Source of the DNA: Yuukianura sp. NJ FZ-2021
Lineage: Eukaryota
Direction of reading: 5' to 3'
DNA: 64,000 bases
NCBI GenBank assembly: GCA_046563655.1
Contig: CM102289.1
Location: 3,844,001 to 3,908,000 of the forward strand
The notes under the pieces are model-generated. The model was given only the letters and a program-made list of their open reading frames with translations. It did not search any database and was not told where the DNA came from. This document shows, piece after piece, positions 1-14,000 of the stretch (positions within the stretch are counted from its first letter, which is position 1; each line of letters opens with the position of its first letter). The position numbers and the translations under genes were made by a program.

Positions 1-1946
1 AAATGATTGACATAGGTCCCATACTTCAAAATTAAGCAAAATCGGTGTTTTTGATTTTCAAAAACGAAAGTAACCCAACTCTGGCACTGCATACTTACGA
101 AAAATTTCAATATAAAGCATATAATATTAAGTATAAAGTAGATTTTACTTCACGCAGTGCACAACCCTACTCTATACCGCAAACGTTTAAGTAAAAATAA
201 CTAAGTAACTTTGGAAATTGAATTCAATTGTATCCAGTTGGAAAATTCCTTCCGGCGGATGATCTCTTGCTGGGAGCTCATGTGGAATTTATTAAAAACG
301 CCGTTCCAAGTGAGCATGTTCTTAAAACTCACAACTCCAAACTGACTTGACATCTTCCTCCACAAGGAGAGTCGGTCGGCATTTTTCTAAAGTGCATATT
401 TCTAACATTTTAAAATCAGTTCGTGTCCATTCAGTTAATGGTTTAATTTCACACTCAGCCACAACAATCCCAATTCCGCTGGAAGTACCCGTCCCGGTAA
501 TGTTGTTCATTTTTTGAAGCCCACACAGAAAAAGATGACGCCGACACGTTAAACTTTATGCCCACCCATAACAATTCTCGGTTTCATTTCCTTTGCAATG
601 GCAGTGCTTTTCCATTTTATGTAACTGAAATAAAATCAACTGAAACTGACGTTGCAAATCTTAAGAATTTCCAGCGTTAGTTCTTTTCATGAATAAACTC
701 ATGAAATTGCAAGTTGCTCATTAAAACGTTGCATTTTCGTGTCTTGAAAATGTCAAAATTGAAGCATGGCGCCTCGCCATTTATCCGATGCGTTTTATTA
801 TTTTTTTTTTTGTGTTAAGTGTTTGAGCGGCTTATTTTGCACGAAGATTGTTGTATGATTAGATGAAGCATAGGAATCACTTCAGGAAAATGAATAAAAA
901 GACGGCTTGAAAAACCTCGTGCATAACGGCACTGATGTAAAGTACATTGGTAATACAACAAAAATTTCCTCTTATAACCAAAATTGAACGTGATTAACAA
1001 ATGGAGCGAAGTAACGATGGCCAACGGCGCCCAGAATCAAAAATTAAAGATGTCTAGGAGACTTTGAAACTGTTCTGAACCTTGAAATGGCACGACCTCA
1101 TATTTAGTTCTGCGTTAGTTTCCTGGCGTCTAGATATCTTGATGAGGTCAAATGTTGCACTTGCCATCAACTGCTTTCAACAAAATTTAGTTGGAAGTCC
1201 TACTCATCAAAAATCTTTTTATGAAAGTTCAAGAGTCAGAACTAAATTGAATAAGTGCGATATTTTACTAAAAAAAAGTAACGTAAGTTCAAAATATAAA
1301 AATTACTTAACACTAAACATCAAAAATTACAAGTTCGACAAATCGCAATCACATCTTTCAGTATGAGAACATCCAGAATGAAGTCTTTCGCTTTTACTAA
1401 CTAGGAAACGTTAAACTAGCCGAAACTAATTTTCAAACTTGTCACAATTGCTAATTTTTGTGCTAACTTGGCAAGCTAACAGGAAAGAATTTTCTTGAAC
1501 TTAACTTTATTTCAATAATAAAAGCTAATAGCTTGCCTCTGAAAAAATTCGGTGCAATAAATTAAATTTGGCAAGGAACTCCATCATTAAGAGGGTAAAT
1601 TAATCAACCTACATTAAGAATTCATTTTATCAAGCAAACCATGATGATGCCGTTGTCTGCCTGAAATCGAATAATTTTCTAACGCGTACAACGTATTCTT
1701 CTCGCGCATTATAAATATCTATGTCTTCCTCTAGTCGCCCCCAGCGACACCTTCACCTGACAAAGTAATAAATGTCAGATATCACAGAGGAATATTTCAA
1801 AGGAATGAAAATTAACACAATAATAGGGGAGATTGACAGATGACGTTTCCACTTTATCCCCATCATTTCATTTTTCTCTCGAAATTTCAAATGATTGGAA
1901 TTGGAAAGATTAATTCATTTGACCACATAACCCACATTGAAAGAAT

Positions 1947-2274
1947 AGCTTGTTTCAAATAAAAGATTATAATCCTCCGCGGATTAACCCGGCTTGGATT
2001 ATAATCGATTAATTTGAGTGTACTCGATTTTTTCGGCCGATTGTCAGCTGATGTGGAAGGGCGGGAATTGAAAATTTCAAAAATAACAACAGTGGGTGGT
2101 GATGGTCGGGTGGAGGGAGCAGATTAATCCAAGAGAATCGTGGTTTTTGTGGATTCTTTTTTGGCCGATTATAATCCAAAAAGTGGCGCACTGCGCCTGC
2201 GCACCACCTCAGATTAATCTGACTTGGCAGATTAATCTGAAAAGCGATTATAATCGCTTTATTTGAAACAAGCT
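1947..2274. mobile_element. MITE (non-autonomous DNA transposon) in spire intron
   Basis: Terminal inverted repeats AGCTTGTTTCAAATAAA...TTTATTTGAAACAAGCT flanked by AAT on both sides (or TA if the ends are shifted by 1); repeated internal GATTATAATC/GATTAATC palindromes. Confidence 0.8.
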
Positions 2275-4047
2275 AATATCTCTCACTTCTTCATCAATTC
2301 ATTAACACGATACTTTCCATTCCACTTATGTTTACTTGTGCTACAGAAGGGAATAAGCGCACCTGAATAGTGCTAAAAGCTATTTAACTCTAAAGTGCGC
2401 GCCAAAAGAACGGTAATTGAAAATCAAAAATGCTCATTCATCTCTGATGAGGCTGAATAAATCAGATCACTTTTCACTTTACATCCTGGTGAGAGGCTTT
2501 GACGCTGCATTGAAAATGAAGTCGTTTCAATTGTAGATTTAAGTCTCTCGACAACTAAAGTCACTTGCTGGTTATCGAAAATGGACTTCATTTGCAACAC
2601 TAGACGTATGGTGACACACCGCCTCACTACGATCCGCACTTCCTCAGTGACAGAAATCGTCGTTTAACGTCAATTAATCCGCACCTTTTGCATTAATTAA
2701 ATTTTTCCCTACATCTAACTTAAGATGACCTTAGACTTAAGCAGAAAGTGTAACGCAACGTCAAAAAACAGAATATGTGTTATTAGAAAATTAATTTTAT
2801 AAAAAGAAATATTTAAAAAATCCAAAAGTGAAAGCAATGGTTTTGAGGTATGAAATATTTAAGATTTTTTTGGGCGAAAAGCTTTCAAAATTCAAAACCA
2901 AGTTAAACTAAAATTGGTCAATAAATCAACATTTGGTTTAAAGTTGTCGAACGGAAGAAATGCTAAATACCTGCACTTATTTTTCTTCCGCATCACATTA
3001 ACAAAAAACTTAAAATTTTCAAGGTGAGAGCAAGCAACATCATTATTATATTCATTAATCAACTGTCACAACAAAATGATGAAAAAAGATGAACAGAGCA
3101 TGCAATTGCCTAAATGCTAATTCATAATTTTCTACTCAAACTCATTCAACTTTTGGAAAAGAAAACAAAAACATAAGTTTCCTTACTTATGCACGAGGCA
3201 GCACAGACTTTTCTGTAATGCCACATCATCTTTTATTTACATTAAGAAAATTGCTTGGAAGAAAATTTCCAGGAGAAGTAATTTTGACTGAACAATAAAT
3301 TCAAACTGCCAAATCATGGAACGAGTCATGCACTAAACCAAAAATTAAACAAGCAGTCGTCCGTCTTAGAGTCACGTCTCGTCCACCTCCATCATCATAA
3401 TCATCATCAGAATCAGCATTCATACATTTCCATCACAAAGAGAACCTAACATGAACTTTAGTAGCCCACCTAGCATTATGAAGTAGTTGGGTCATATGCG
3501 CAGGTTGTACGCGCAGGTCTGATTCCCAAATATTGAATTGTACTTGCGCTGATTCAGTCGATGAGCAAGAATTTAAATTTGGAATTGGATTGTGCGAAAA
3601 TGTGAAAATTGCAATCTCCATGTTCTATTTCCATCGTCATGGGAAACAAAAAATAGACGGAAATGGTCTGAATTTGACATTTGGGACATTGTCGCCACTA
3701 CTTTTGTGACTCTTTGACAAGAGATGTTGAAATAGAGGAATTGTTACAACAGGGCGTTATTAAATTGTAAGTCACTTTGAATCTTATCAGATGATGTCAA
3801 TGTCCACTTCAAACTTTGAATTTGCCCCACTGGCCAACCAGGAACTAAAAACCAATGATTTAACTAGAGGCGAAGTGCAGGAAAAATTCTCGTTCCAGGA
3901 CTTAATCAAAAGGCTGTCTGACACTGACTATGGACAAGATATTTAAACGGACCATCATTTGTAGACAATGGGCCATTTAGAATGACATGGACCTGACAAG
4001 GGAAGTGGAGAACGGGCGGGCGGGAAGTTTAAAAATACGAACAATAC

Positions 4048-4293
4048 CTTTCTTAGCGGTGGTCTCGATCGGATGAACTCAAGAATGATGGCATGGGCGT
4101 CCTTCTTGATTCTCTTCGGCAGGGAGCCATCCACCATCACTTTGTTCAATTTGTAGCGACGAGATCGGATGTCATCCATTAGGATTTCGTAGGGCGTGAG
4201 TTCATACTCTATCGGTGGCCCACGACAAAATTCTACTTTTTTCAATTTAACCCCTTGTCGTAGATCTCGAATCACTTGCACCCAGAGACGTGC
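4048..4293 (-). CDS. spir: Spire exon 6 (WH2 actin-binding repeats); gene continues beyond position 1
   Basis: [20 protein letters not shown]...[22 protein letters not shown]...[18 protein letters not shown], highly conserved Spire sequence; 246 nt, phase 0-0. Confidence 0.95.
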
Positions 4294-4697
4294 CTAAAAT
4301 ATACAAAAAAGTAATAAATAAAAGTTTGAAAGGAATCCATCAGTCAAAGCACATTGAAAAGTGAAAAACGACTTTGACACTAAAAATCATATTAAAGTCT
4401 CCCAAGAAAGCGTCAGCTTTGTACATGATAGGCTTCCCCAACTCACGCAATATTAAATTATCGTAACTATGGACTATCGAGTCAAATTTTCTAACGCCTT
4501 TTACAAATCCAACAGGAACAAAAAAAAAACTGATATTTAACAAAACCTCAAAATCACAAAAAAAAATTCACCCACAACACTTTCACTCTCTCCCACTTCT
4601 GCGTAGTATCCGTTTCACAAGAAACAAATGCTTCTTAATATGGTTTAGCTATTAATCAATGACAGCCTGGTAAGATTGCTTAAATTTGCAAAAAATT

Positions 4698-4937
4698 AGG
4701 CGGAAAATTCAAATTCAACTTTGTTGATCCCACTCATTCACTCTCCGCCAGGATTTCTGCAGGTATTTAGCTTGGCGCTTTGCAAAATTGTGTTTTAAAA
4801 AACTCCCGCAGTTCGGAACAAATTGGAGGGGAGGAGCCAAGAGGCATTTAGCCACTCAATATATTCTGGAATCAAGGTTTGAAAGCTCGAATTGTAGCAG
4901 TGAGAATTCAGTCGATGTGAATTTGAATTTCCCGTCT
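4698..4937. repeat. Inverted-repeat-bounded segment, probable MITE remnant
   Basis: aggcggaaaattcaaattca (4698-4717) versus tgaatttgaatttcccgtct (4918-4937): 20-bp inverted repeat with 2 mismatches; no clear TSD. Confidence 0.45.
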
Positions 4938-6066
4938 GAACCTATCCATCATCGTCATAATTCAGAAACGTTTTCAAGGCAGCTTGAAAAAAAAGTATGA
5001 AAAAAGTTTAAGAAATTACACGTGTAAACCATTAACCAATTTACTTTCGTTATTGAGTCAGATACGCTCAGGTTTTTATTACGTTGAACCCATTTCCACT
5101 CAATCTCTGTATACTATTTTACCTTGAGTGGATGTTTCTAAATCATGTTCAAATTAACAACTCTAAAGCGATTGCTACACAAGTGCTTCATCTTAAGATT
5201 CGTTAACCATAATTTAGCACTTTCAGTTTTATTTCTTTTTTCCATTTCTTTCTGAAACATCTTATCATAAATCAATCCATGAGAAGCAGCATTTTCATGA
5301 CTGAATTGTGGTGTAAGTGCACAATCAAATCAGTTTACAATGTAACCATACAATGTCTAGCCTATGTCGCCTGTCACAAAAGTTCATATCTTGTGCTTTA
5401 AGTGGAGGTATTTGGTCTTAACAGCGATTTGCACAATTTTAATGCAGGAGTCATTCAATGGAGGAGCTCATGAAGTGTCAAATTCTGTGAGAATTGTCTG
5501 TCGCTAATGGATTTTGAACAATTTTTGATAACTCGGAGTTTAAAGCGTCAAGTTTGAACTTTAATATTTTAAACTTGCAGAAAATGCAGAAGCTTCCTTG
5601 GTATAATTGTGTGCGTATAAAAATTGCAGAAGGAATGGCATTGACCAGAAGTTCGTCGAGTCTATTTCATTGTCTTTTGCTTTGCATTGTCATCTTACAT
5701 TGAATGTTTTCTCAAGGAAAGCTCAGATTGACACCTGATTTTTCTTAAGGCAGAAAGAGACTCCGTTAAGCGTCATGGAGGAAAACGTTAGCAGCAGTGG
5801 CTACTTTTTATTCAATTTTCCTGTCTAATCATCCTCTCTGCCAACAGCCTCTAAATCACAAGATCATTGTCTTTTGAGTCATTTCAATGTAATTAACTTA
5901 TCCATCCACGCATACAAACTCTCACGGGATTCAAGGAAGCATAAAAGACGTATAAATCGTGATGACAAAAATTAAAACCGAAATTTCCAAGTTCAATGCA
6001 ACAAGATACCAGCCAGAATTTAACAAATTCAAAATCTAAAAAAGTGAAGATTTTAAATATGTTTAC

Positions 6067-6279
6067 CCAATCCGTGAACTCCAACTTCTCCAAATCTGCA
6101 TCCCGTTTTGATCCTTTGCTAAGAAAGTTTTCAGTGTCCGGTGACACTTTTCCTTTTGAAACTTTTTCCAAAAAAGTGGAAAATTCTAGTGCTTCGGCAA
6201 CATAGGCTCTGCATACTGCTTTGTAGTGTGCATCTGCTGCGGCCAGTGACCCATCGTGACTTAATCTTCGTGCACATAC
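6067..6279 (-). CDS. spir: Spire exon 5 (end of KIND domain)
   Basis: VCARRL...ADAHYKAVCRAYVAEALEFSTFLEKV...LEFTDW; 213 nt, phase 0-0. Confidence 0.92.
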
Positions 6280-9200
6280 CTGTGTAAAGCAAAAGACGCC
6301 AACATTAGCACTTCGTGTTTCCTATTTAGCGCAAAAAATATCTCGATTCTGAAAGGTTTATGCACAAATATCAAATGATTTTAGTCGTCTACATCTAAAA
6401 AAAACGAACGTATTTTTTCCGAAACGTTGACTTTGTATAACAGCAACTTGGGATAAAAACTGTTATGCAACATTTGAATGGTACGCTCCAATTCGTTTGT
6501 AGTGAGTGATAGTATACTAAAAAGCTTATGCAATGACCAAAATCCATTTAAGGCTGTCTTTAGGAAAGCAACAGGGAACAAAAGGCTATCAAGTGAATCT
6601 TGGAATCAGATGAAGATGATGGAATAGTAGTGCGAGTGCCGCAGTTGTCCAACCCTTTCGGTTTCAGTCTGCAACAACATAACAATGCGAAATAAAAAAT
6701 AATCAAACCAAAGATGATCACAACGGATCCATTTCAGCCATTTCTCACTTTCAGAAAATACTTTCTCCTTTTGCATTGTCATCTTGGCAGTTAGTCACAC
6801 CGCACCACCAAGATTCAATTCCATTTTAAACTGAACCACTTTGTACGCATTGTATCATCAGGCTATCTCCACAATGCACTGTAAAAAATATCTGCATCCA
6901 TTGACGCTTAAGGTTTGAATGTGCCGAGTCATTTCAAATCCTCCAATCTTTGGAGTAGCACTCCCGAATTTAATGACCACAATGGAACTGATTCCAGGAG
7001 ATGGAGAATACTAAAAAGTAGCAAATAATTATGAATCTCAAGTCAGAAAGTGAGAGTGTCCGACGTCAATTGCATTTGATTGCTCAGTTATTAAAATTAT
7101 CATGGCTCCAGGGAGGAAACGGAGATGGGAATAAGTGCAACAATGGGAAAAAGAAGAGATCTCTCTCCGTCCATCTTATGATTAACTTGAAAACCGCCGC
7201 CGCCATCAGAATCTGACTTCTTTTTCCACTTGATTTTCACAACTTAACGTCCGCCACAAAAATCCCAGTTGTAAATTCTAATCACCACAAAAAGCTTTAC
7301 GACCATTTTTAACTTTCTTTAGACTCGAATTCCTCCTCTATTGTTGCTTTCTTAAAATGCATTTTAAAATCTATCCGAACAAAAAATCAGCAAAGTTCCA
7401 CTATAATTTGAACCATTTATGTGCTTCTATTCCCAACATTAAATTCAATTCTCATACACAAAGCCACTGATGCACTTTAAATTTTGTTTTCAATTTGGAT
7501 CGGCCATAAAAGCATTACTTTGTGTAGAAAAAAAGTATTTCCGCTGCATTGTTCAAGTTAAACTTCGCTTTAATTAATTCTTTGTGCTTTTGTACAACTC
7601 ATCTCCAAGGTCAGTGTGCATAATGATAAAAATACAGGGATCCTCCTATAGAAATAACATTGTCTGTGAGTGATCTTCCCACAGGGAACATTTTTTTAGT
7701 TTGGAAAAGTAAATGAGTGACTAATTTCTAGACCAAATCAAGGAACGTCCTTGAAAGTTACTGTGCAAAGTGGTCACTTTACAGTGAATGCGGATATGCT
7801 TATAAAGCCTTTATGCTCTTAGCCGCTATCGTATCGTATCACGTTGGCCGCACGAAAAGGAAAACAGAAAACGCCTGCCTATTTTTTACTGCGAGTGACA
7901 TGATATTTTGGCACTACCTTTGCCAAATTATTGCATTTAGGCACACCACTAGCAGGTTAAACGTGCATAACGAAGCGTGGAAGCACGCCTCCCACGACTC
8001 CAAACTGCGCAGGTCACAACCCATAGCCAAAATAAATTTCAAAACTGACGCGTCTCATTCAATTAGAATCTATCACATGCACAACATGAAAATGCACCGG
8101 CATCTGAAAATCTTATTCTTGGCGTTCATTCCTATGTATTCGTGCGTACGCAGTGGAATTCCATTATCAAAATATTTGAAAGTGGTGCTTTAGATGGAAA
8201 TCTCCATCGAGGCATTATGTCACGAAACAGATGAATCTGGATAACAAAATTACGTTTCTTATTTCGCTTTGGTACGCGGCTTTCAACATTTCAAATCTTT
8301 TGCATCAGTCTGGGGTGAAAATTGTAGTTAAAAATTACTACACAAGGACATTGTCAGCTTAAAACGTTAGGTATTAAATGTAAATTATTACATTATTAGT
8401 ACTATTAATTACATAAATCAAATGTTAATCACGATAACTCCTGCTTTCGTTTTTTCAGCATTCTGAACTTAACACTCTTGTTAAATTTGTTTGCATTATA
8501 CAATCCATTTCAAGTTTATCTCTTTCACCTGTGTTTGCAAAGCCAACAATTTTGTTTAGTTCGCAAATATTTAACATATTGGCAGAAGTGAATGATTTAA
8601 TTCAGTGTACCGTAATTAATTTCTGTGTGGTATACAAATGCTAAGCACAATTTGATTGTAAATTTAAAGAAAAAACGATTAAAGAATAATACAACGTTTA
8701 ATTTTTCTTTATAACAAAACCGGCGGTAACTTTTACCTTGCAAATAGTAGGTTCATGAAACATAAAAAACCAGGTTGATGATTGTAAAACTGCTAATGTC
8801 TAGATGATTGCTCAAGTGTAGTCAGGGACACAAGGGTGGAACGGAAAAAAGGATTTAAAAAGCATTAAACGACTTGTTGTTTAAATGACCACCAACCTCA
8901 AAGTCAACTGAAAAAAGAAGTTGTTTTGCTCACTTGGCAAACTAAAATCGAAATGGAAGATTCGTTTAAACCTAACTAAATACTTAGGAGGGTTAGCAAA
9001 AGTTGGCCTCCACGTTATGGAATTACGGTATTATTACAGAACCATTCATTCTTAAAAAATTGTCGTATTTCCCAAGTTAATTGTTCCATCCTTCGTAAAT
9101 CACATTGGCTATAAGAAATCCTGGCAACTTTATACGTTACAGGGTTCTTAAAAATTAATAATTAATTTCGCCATCACAAATAATGTCATCAATGTCAAGC

Positions 9201-9535
9201 TGCAGGGCTCTTCTTATGTGGTAAAAACCATCTCGTAGGTCTAACTTACTACTTGCTACGTGCAATACAATAGCCGATCCCTCGTCTATTCTTCAAAGAT
9301 TAAGTTATTGCAAACTACCTCTGCGGTTTACTGTCATGTCTTCCAAACAAATTCAGAGAGAGAGTCCCAAATCCCACAATTCCGCGTGATACTCAAGTCT
9401 AATTCCTTAGAAATTTTGCAAAGTAAGCTTCCCTTTTTTACAAGATTGGTTGTAAATTATGGTTGCAGATTTACGAAGAGATGCTTGAGACTCCCGCAAT
9501 TACACTCTCCATCTGCAGTACTTACATTTGTATAA

Positions 9536-9635
9536 NNNNNNNNNNNNNNNNNNNNNNNNNNNNNNNNNNNNNNNNNNNNNNNNNNNNNNNNNNNNNNNNN
9601 NNNNNNNNNNNNNNNNNNNNNNNNNNNNNNNNNNN
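9536..9635. other. Assembly gap (100 N)
   Basis: Run of N flanked by an identical 18-mer gtacttacatttgtataa on both sides. Confidence 0.99.
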
Positions 9636-9673
9636 GTACTTACATTTGTATAAATCACAATGTAATTCCTTAC

Positions 9674-9795
9674 CTGTAGTATACTGTTGAAATCAAAGTT
9701 TCGTACAGAGGTTACACGATCATCATCACTGTCTCCCGAGTCTCTTTCGATCCCTTCATCGTCAGTCTCTGATCTCTCTGCATTATTATTCCCAT
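9674..9795 (-). CDS. spir: Spire exon 4
   Basis: DGNNNAERSETDDEGIERDSGDSDDDRV...ILQ, with the DDEGIE acidic motif of Spire KIND; phase 1 to 0, GTAAG donor. Confidence 0.88.
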
Positions 9796-10968
9796 CTGAA
9801 ACACAACAGAAAACAGGTATGAAGTGAATTGAAATTGTATTCTCAGAATGTTTTCTAAGAATTCCATTGTCTCCTAATGTCCAAATCTTTGACAACAAAA
9901 GTTTGACAAGGCGTAGAGAGTCTAACGAAAAATCGTGCTTTACCGTGGAGTTCAATGTCCAGTCACCACAGAAGATGAAGGAATCCAGAAAAGCAGCAGA
10001 GAAAAGAACAAATAAGAAAAGTGGTCAAATGGGTTACATTGTTACGACATTCAAACATGTTCCCACACGACAGTAAATGTCTTCTTGAGTAATTAGTATT
10101 CACACAAGGAGATTCATGAGTTCTTACAAAATTTTATTCAACTTTACTTTCATAAGCTTAGCACTAGGGAACAACTTGTTCGATCAGATTTGAAAAAAAT
10201 GCTTTCCTGTTTTGCACTTTTGTTAAATTCAATGGAATTATAGACTTTTTAGCGTCATTCTGAGGCCTTCCCAAATTTCAACGAAAAAAAAAACGTCAAA
10301 AATATCGCTTTTCACACTACTTTCACACTTTATTGCTTAATTAGAGGCACAACACACTTACGGAAAACGGCATTTAAAGCTTTTTAAAAAATAAAAAATT
10401 CAAATTAGCCTTCAACCTCTTCTTTTGTTCTTCCTTAATCAGAATAGACTAATGAAGTCACACGTCCTGCCTGAAGCCACATTTTAGTTAGCATAATCTT
10501 GAGACCTACGACACTTCATTTGCTCTTAGGCATTGCCTACCCTATGCAAAATCCGTTCGTGTGAAAGTCACTAGCTTAAGGGTCAAGTCAACAACTACCG
10601 AGGATAGGTCAACCACCTATGACATGCATCTTAAAGTACAGAATTTCCTAAAATCTTTTACTCAACGACATAATTACCTGCAATTACAATTTACAAGAGT
10701 GAGAAACAGATGAAGTGATCTCCACATCATAGCAATTCCCAACGATTTCCTTTTCAAGTGTTTAGAAATCAAGGGAGTTTTGTAGCAGAGAGATCATCTC
10801 ACCACAGAGACACATCAAAAGCAAAACTTCAAACTCAAAAGAAAGTAAATTGAAGTGTCACTTTGCATAGTAGGACTACTTGACCCCATCCCAGTTTCTC
10901 CTTTATTCGCCAAAGAAAAATTTTTGGTAAAAAAACAGCGTACCTAACTCGAGGTCGGCAGTTGTAAC

Positions 10969-11067
10969 ACAGAAAAAACCACTACTTTCTGCCCATTCAT
11001 ATTCAGCTATAGCTGAATATGAATTGGCAGAAAGTAGTGGTTTTTTCTGTTAAGGTTATAACCTTAA
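10969..11067. repeat. 82-bp near-perfect palindrome followed by an 18-bp perfect palindrome
   Basis: Arms 10969-11009 and 11010-11050 are reverse complements with 1 mismatch and no loop; ttaaggttataaccttaa at 11050-11067. Confidence 0.95.
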
Positions 11068-14000
11068 AGGTCACGTCAACTACAAAGTAAACAAACGATT
11101 TGTTTAATCAAACTTTGACCTTTTTCTACCAAATCGACCTTTGACTTGAAAATTTACTTTTTGTATTTCTGCAAAAGTGAAAAAAAGCTGTGTCTAATTA
11201 AATGAAATTTTACCACGTTAGGATTCCTAATGTGTCCAAATTCACACTTTCAAAAGCCACTTTTACTTTTAACTTCATCTCTTTTTCTATACTATGTGAT
11301 TAAGTTATTTTCATTTTTAAAGTATCATAATCACATAATTTTCCCAACAACTTTCTCAGAATCCATTTAAAAATTTCGAAGCGCGGAACATCCTTAAGTG
11401 CGATATGCTAAATTGTTTAACTCCAAAATGCTTTACAAGTATAAAAAAGGCAAAAGCAATGTCAAGTTGAAACGAAAGTGAACTAATTATACGCTTAGTA
11501 CGTTCAATTCCTACTACAGATATAAAACGTTATCAAGAAATTGCATGAATTATTCAATTTTGTAAATTGATTTGTTGTTGAACTAGTTGAACTGTGCTTA
11601 GATCGCTCAAATTTTATTTAAAGTTCCACGAAATCAACCAAATCAAGCAAAAATTTTGCTTCAAAAATTCGCGGGTGCTGAACTGTGCTACAATAGCTTA
11701 AAAATGTGTTCTTAGATTTTCCTACAATGGCCCATGATTCATTGTTTAGTGTCACTTGACGTCCAAGGGCATGCTAAAAGCTTTTGGTTCCAGGGTCATC
11801 TTCATTCTATTGAAGAGTCCTTACACAAAAGATTGATTTTTATTTCTGCAGATCTAAAGAATATTGGGCCAGAGGAGTAAGCAAATACGGCCCTCAAAAT
11901 TTCAATTCGCATCTCAATGCTCTCTACACATCCACCGCATTCCATACAAGGCAAGACCTCTCGACAATACTTTCTTAACTAGTTCGAATGACAAATCGCA
12001 ATCATGCAATGGTCTGTAGAGAATCTATCATAAACGACTTAGCACTTGGTTAAATTTGTAATTGCTGTAAGCACCAAACAATAAACTAAAAACTTTTTTT
12101 TAAGTTACAGTCAAAAGTCCTTGGAAAACTTGAAATCGTAAAAGCTTGAGGTGGTTTTGCAGTGGCAGCAGCACTTTTGGCAGCATAAGCTTCCCTACGT
12201 ATTGAAGTAGTTAATTCCAGCATAATTATAAACTAGCTTGGATGTTGACGTACTTGAAGTTAAGATCATTTTTAAAAGTACTGTGAATAATAACAAGTTT
12301 AGGGAAAAAATACAAGGAAAACTTTTCTAAAAAACGAAGGTGTGGTTGGTATGCCGGAGAAAAGCAAGCCTCTGCGTCTCCATCTACAGTAACTTCAACT
12401 TCCACAAGTTGAAGGCTTCAATTTGACAGAAAGTGAAACAAGTTTCTGCATTTAAAGTGAACTTGAACAAATAAGAAAAATTGCCGCCATGTAACCTGAT
12501 TTTCTTCCCTGGAACTTGATACTTAATGACTTGAAAACCGGCTCAACAAGGATATACTTTGTCTATTTTTAATGATTTCGTACTCTCGTATTTTCCACTT
12601 GATTTTCCAACGCAACTCTACCAAAACAAACAAAGCAGGCACCACAAGGCAAATAAATAGAAAAACCAATTTCCCTTAAAATCTATTTTTTTTTTGTTTA
12701 GTAAGTAAGGTGCGGGATACGTCATATAATGATAATGCTTGAAGTGTCAAAAAGTGTTATGCGTTTATATTCTGCTCAAAAGACAATAAATTGTGAAAAT
12801 TTTGGTCAGTAGAACACATCTATTTTGCCGTACTTTGCCATTGAACTTTAAGTTTTTCTTTGGGTTTTGCCTAAAATTTAACTTGTTTTGGGAAATGCAT
12901 GAACCTACACCTTCTAGCCATCTATAAATCATCAACCATTTATGAAAAGATTACGGAAAAGGGGTTTCAAGGTGAACCATTCCTTGCACAGAATAGAACA
13001 AAACGTGGAGTTTAATTTTTGAACATAAAACTATTCAAAATTCAAACTTTTGTTATAAAAATTATTCAAAAACTGGTCCTGAAAACATCCACGCTCTTCT
13101 CCTTAATCTGACAAAAAGCTAAGCAACGGTCATGACCCGCCCACTATTAATGTCATATGAATTTTTATTCTTCAAAGTTCAAAAGTCATATTAATCAAAC
13201 GCATTGTATTAAAATCTACCACTCTACATATTTCCGAACCTTATGCCTAATGTTTCTTTTACTCGAAGATACCAAAGTTTTCTCTCACAAAAGTTTTAAA
13301 AATAATAGAATCACAATTTCCAACATCACAATTTAACCTCATTTGTGATAAATGAAAAAATGTAATTGCTGGGAACTTTTTTAATTTAAAGTAAGGTTGG
13401 AAAGATGTTAAATTGCAAAAATAATGTTAAAGTTCTTGAACATAGCAGGCATTCATAATGCGTCATGGCATTGCAAGTGCAAGACAAATCGTAGACGGAG
13501 TGTGAAAATAAAAATTTTCGTGGAGTAAGATTAATTAAATGAAGTTTAAGGAACAATGGGATATTATCTTTCTTACGAAGAATCTCACACTAATCTTGAG
13601 ACAAAGAATAAATTATGCCTACGAGATCCACTCGCCCGGGAGGTAAAAGTAAAAAGGAATTTAAAAGTAGAGGTCACGCATTTAAAAAGCCCGCCGTGAC
13701 CCCATCCTCCAAAGATTGAGAAATAGATTAGAGCCTGGGATTTATGAGTCATTGTTCCTCACTGGGAGTAGAATAATTTAAGATTCTCAGAGATCGAAAC
13801 AAAAGATCAGACGCACTCACACTTTGTTTTGTAATTAATGCGAGTAAACAAATGCGTAACACGATCCCATACGAACACGTTCCTGACTTAAGGATGATTC
13901 ATATCCTCCTAGAATGTTACAGATGCTCAACAAGTTGAGAGTGGATCATTAAACTACTTAAATTCACAAAGTGTACATTGAACAATTGCATCTCTGACTC

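Noticed and set aside
3300..3432. Acidic minus-strand peptide (MNADSDDDYDDGGGRD) as a spire exon
   Set aside because: No convincing splice sites or Spire similarity; arises from a short ATC-rich repeat
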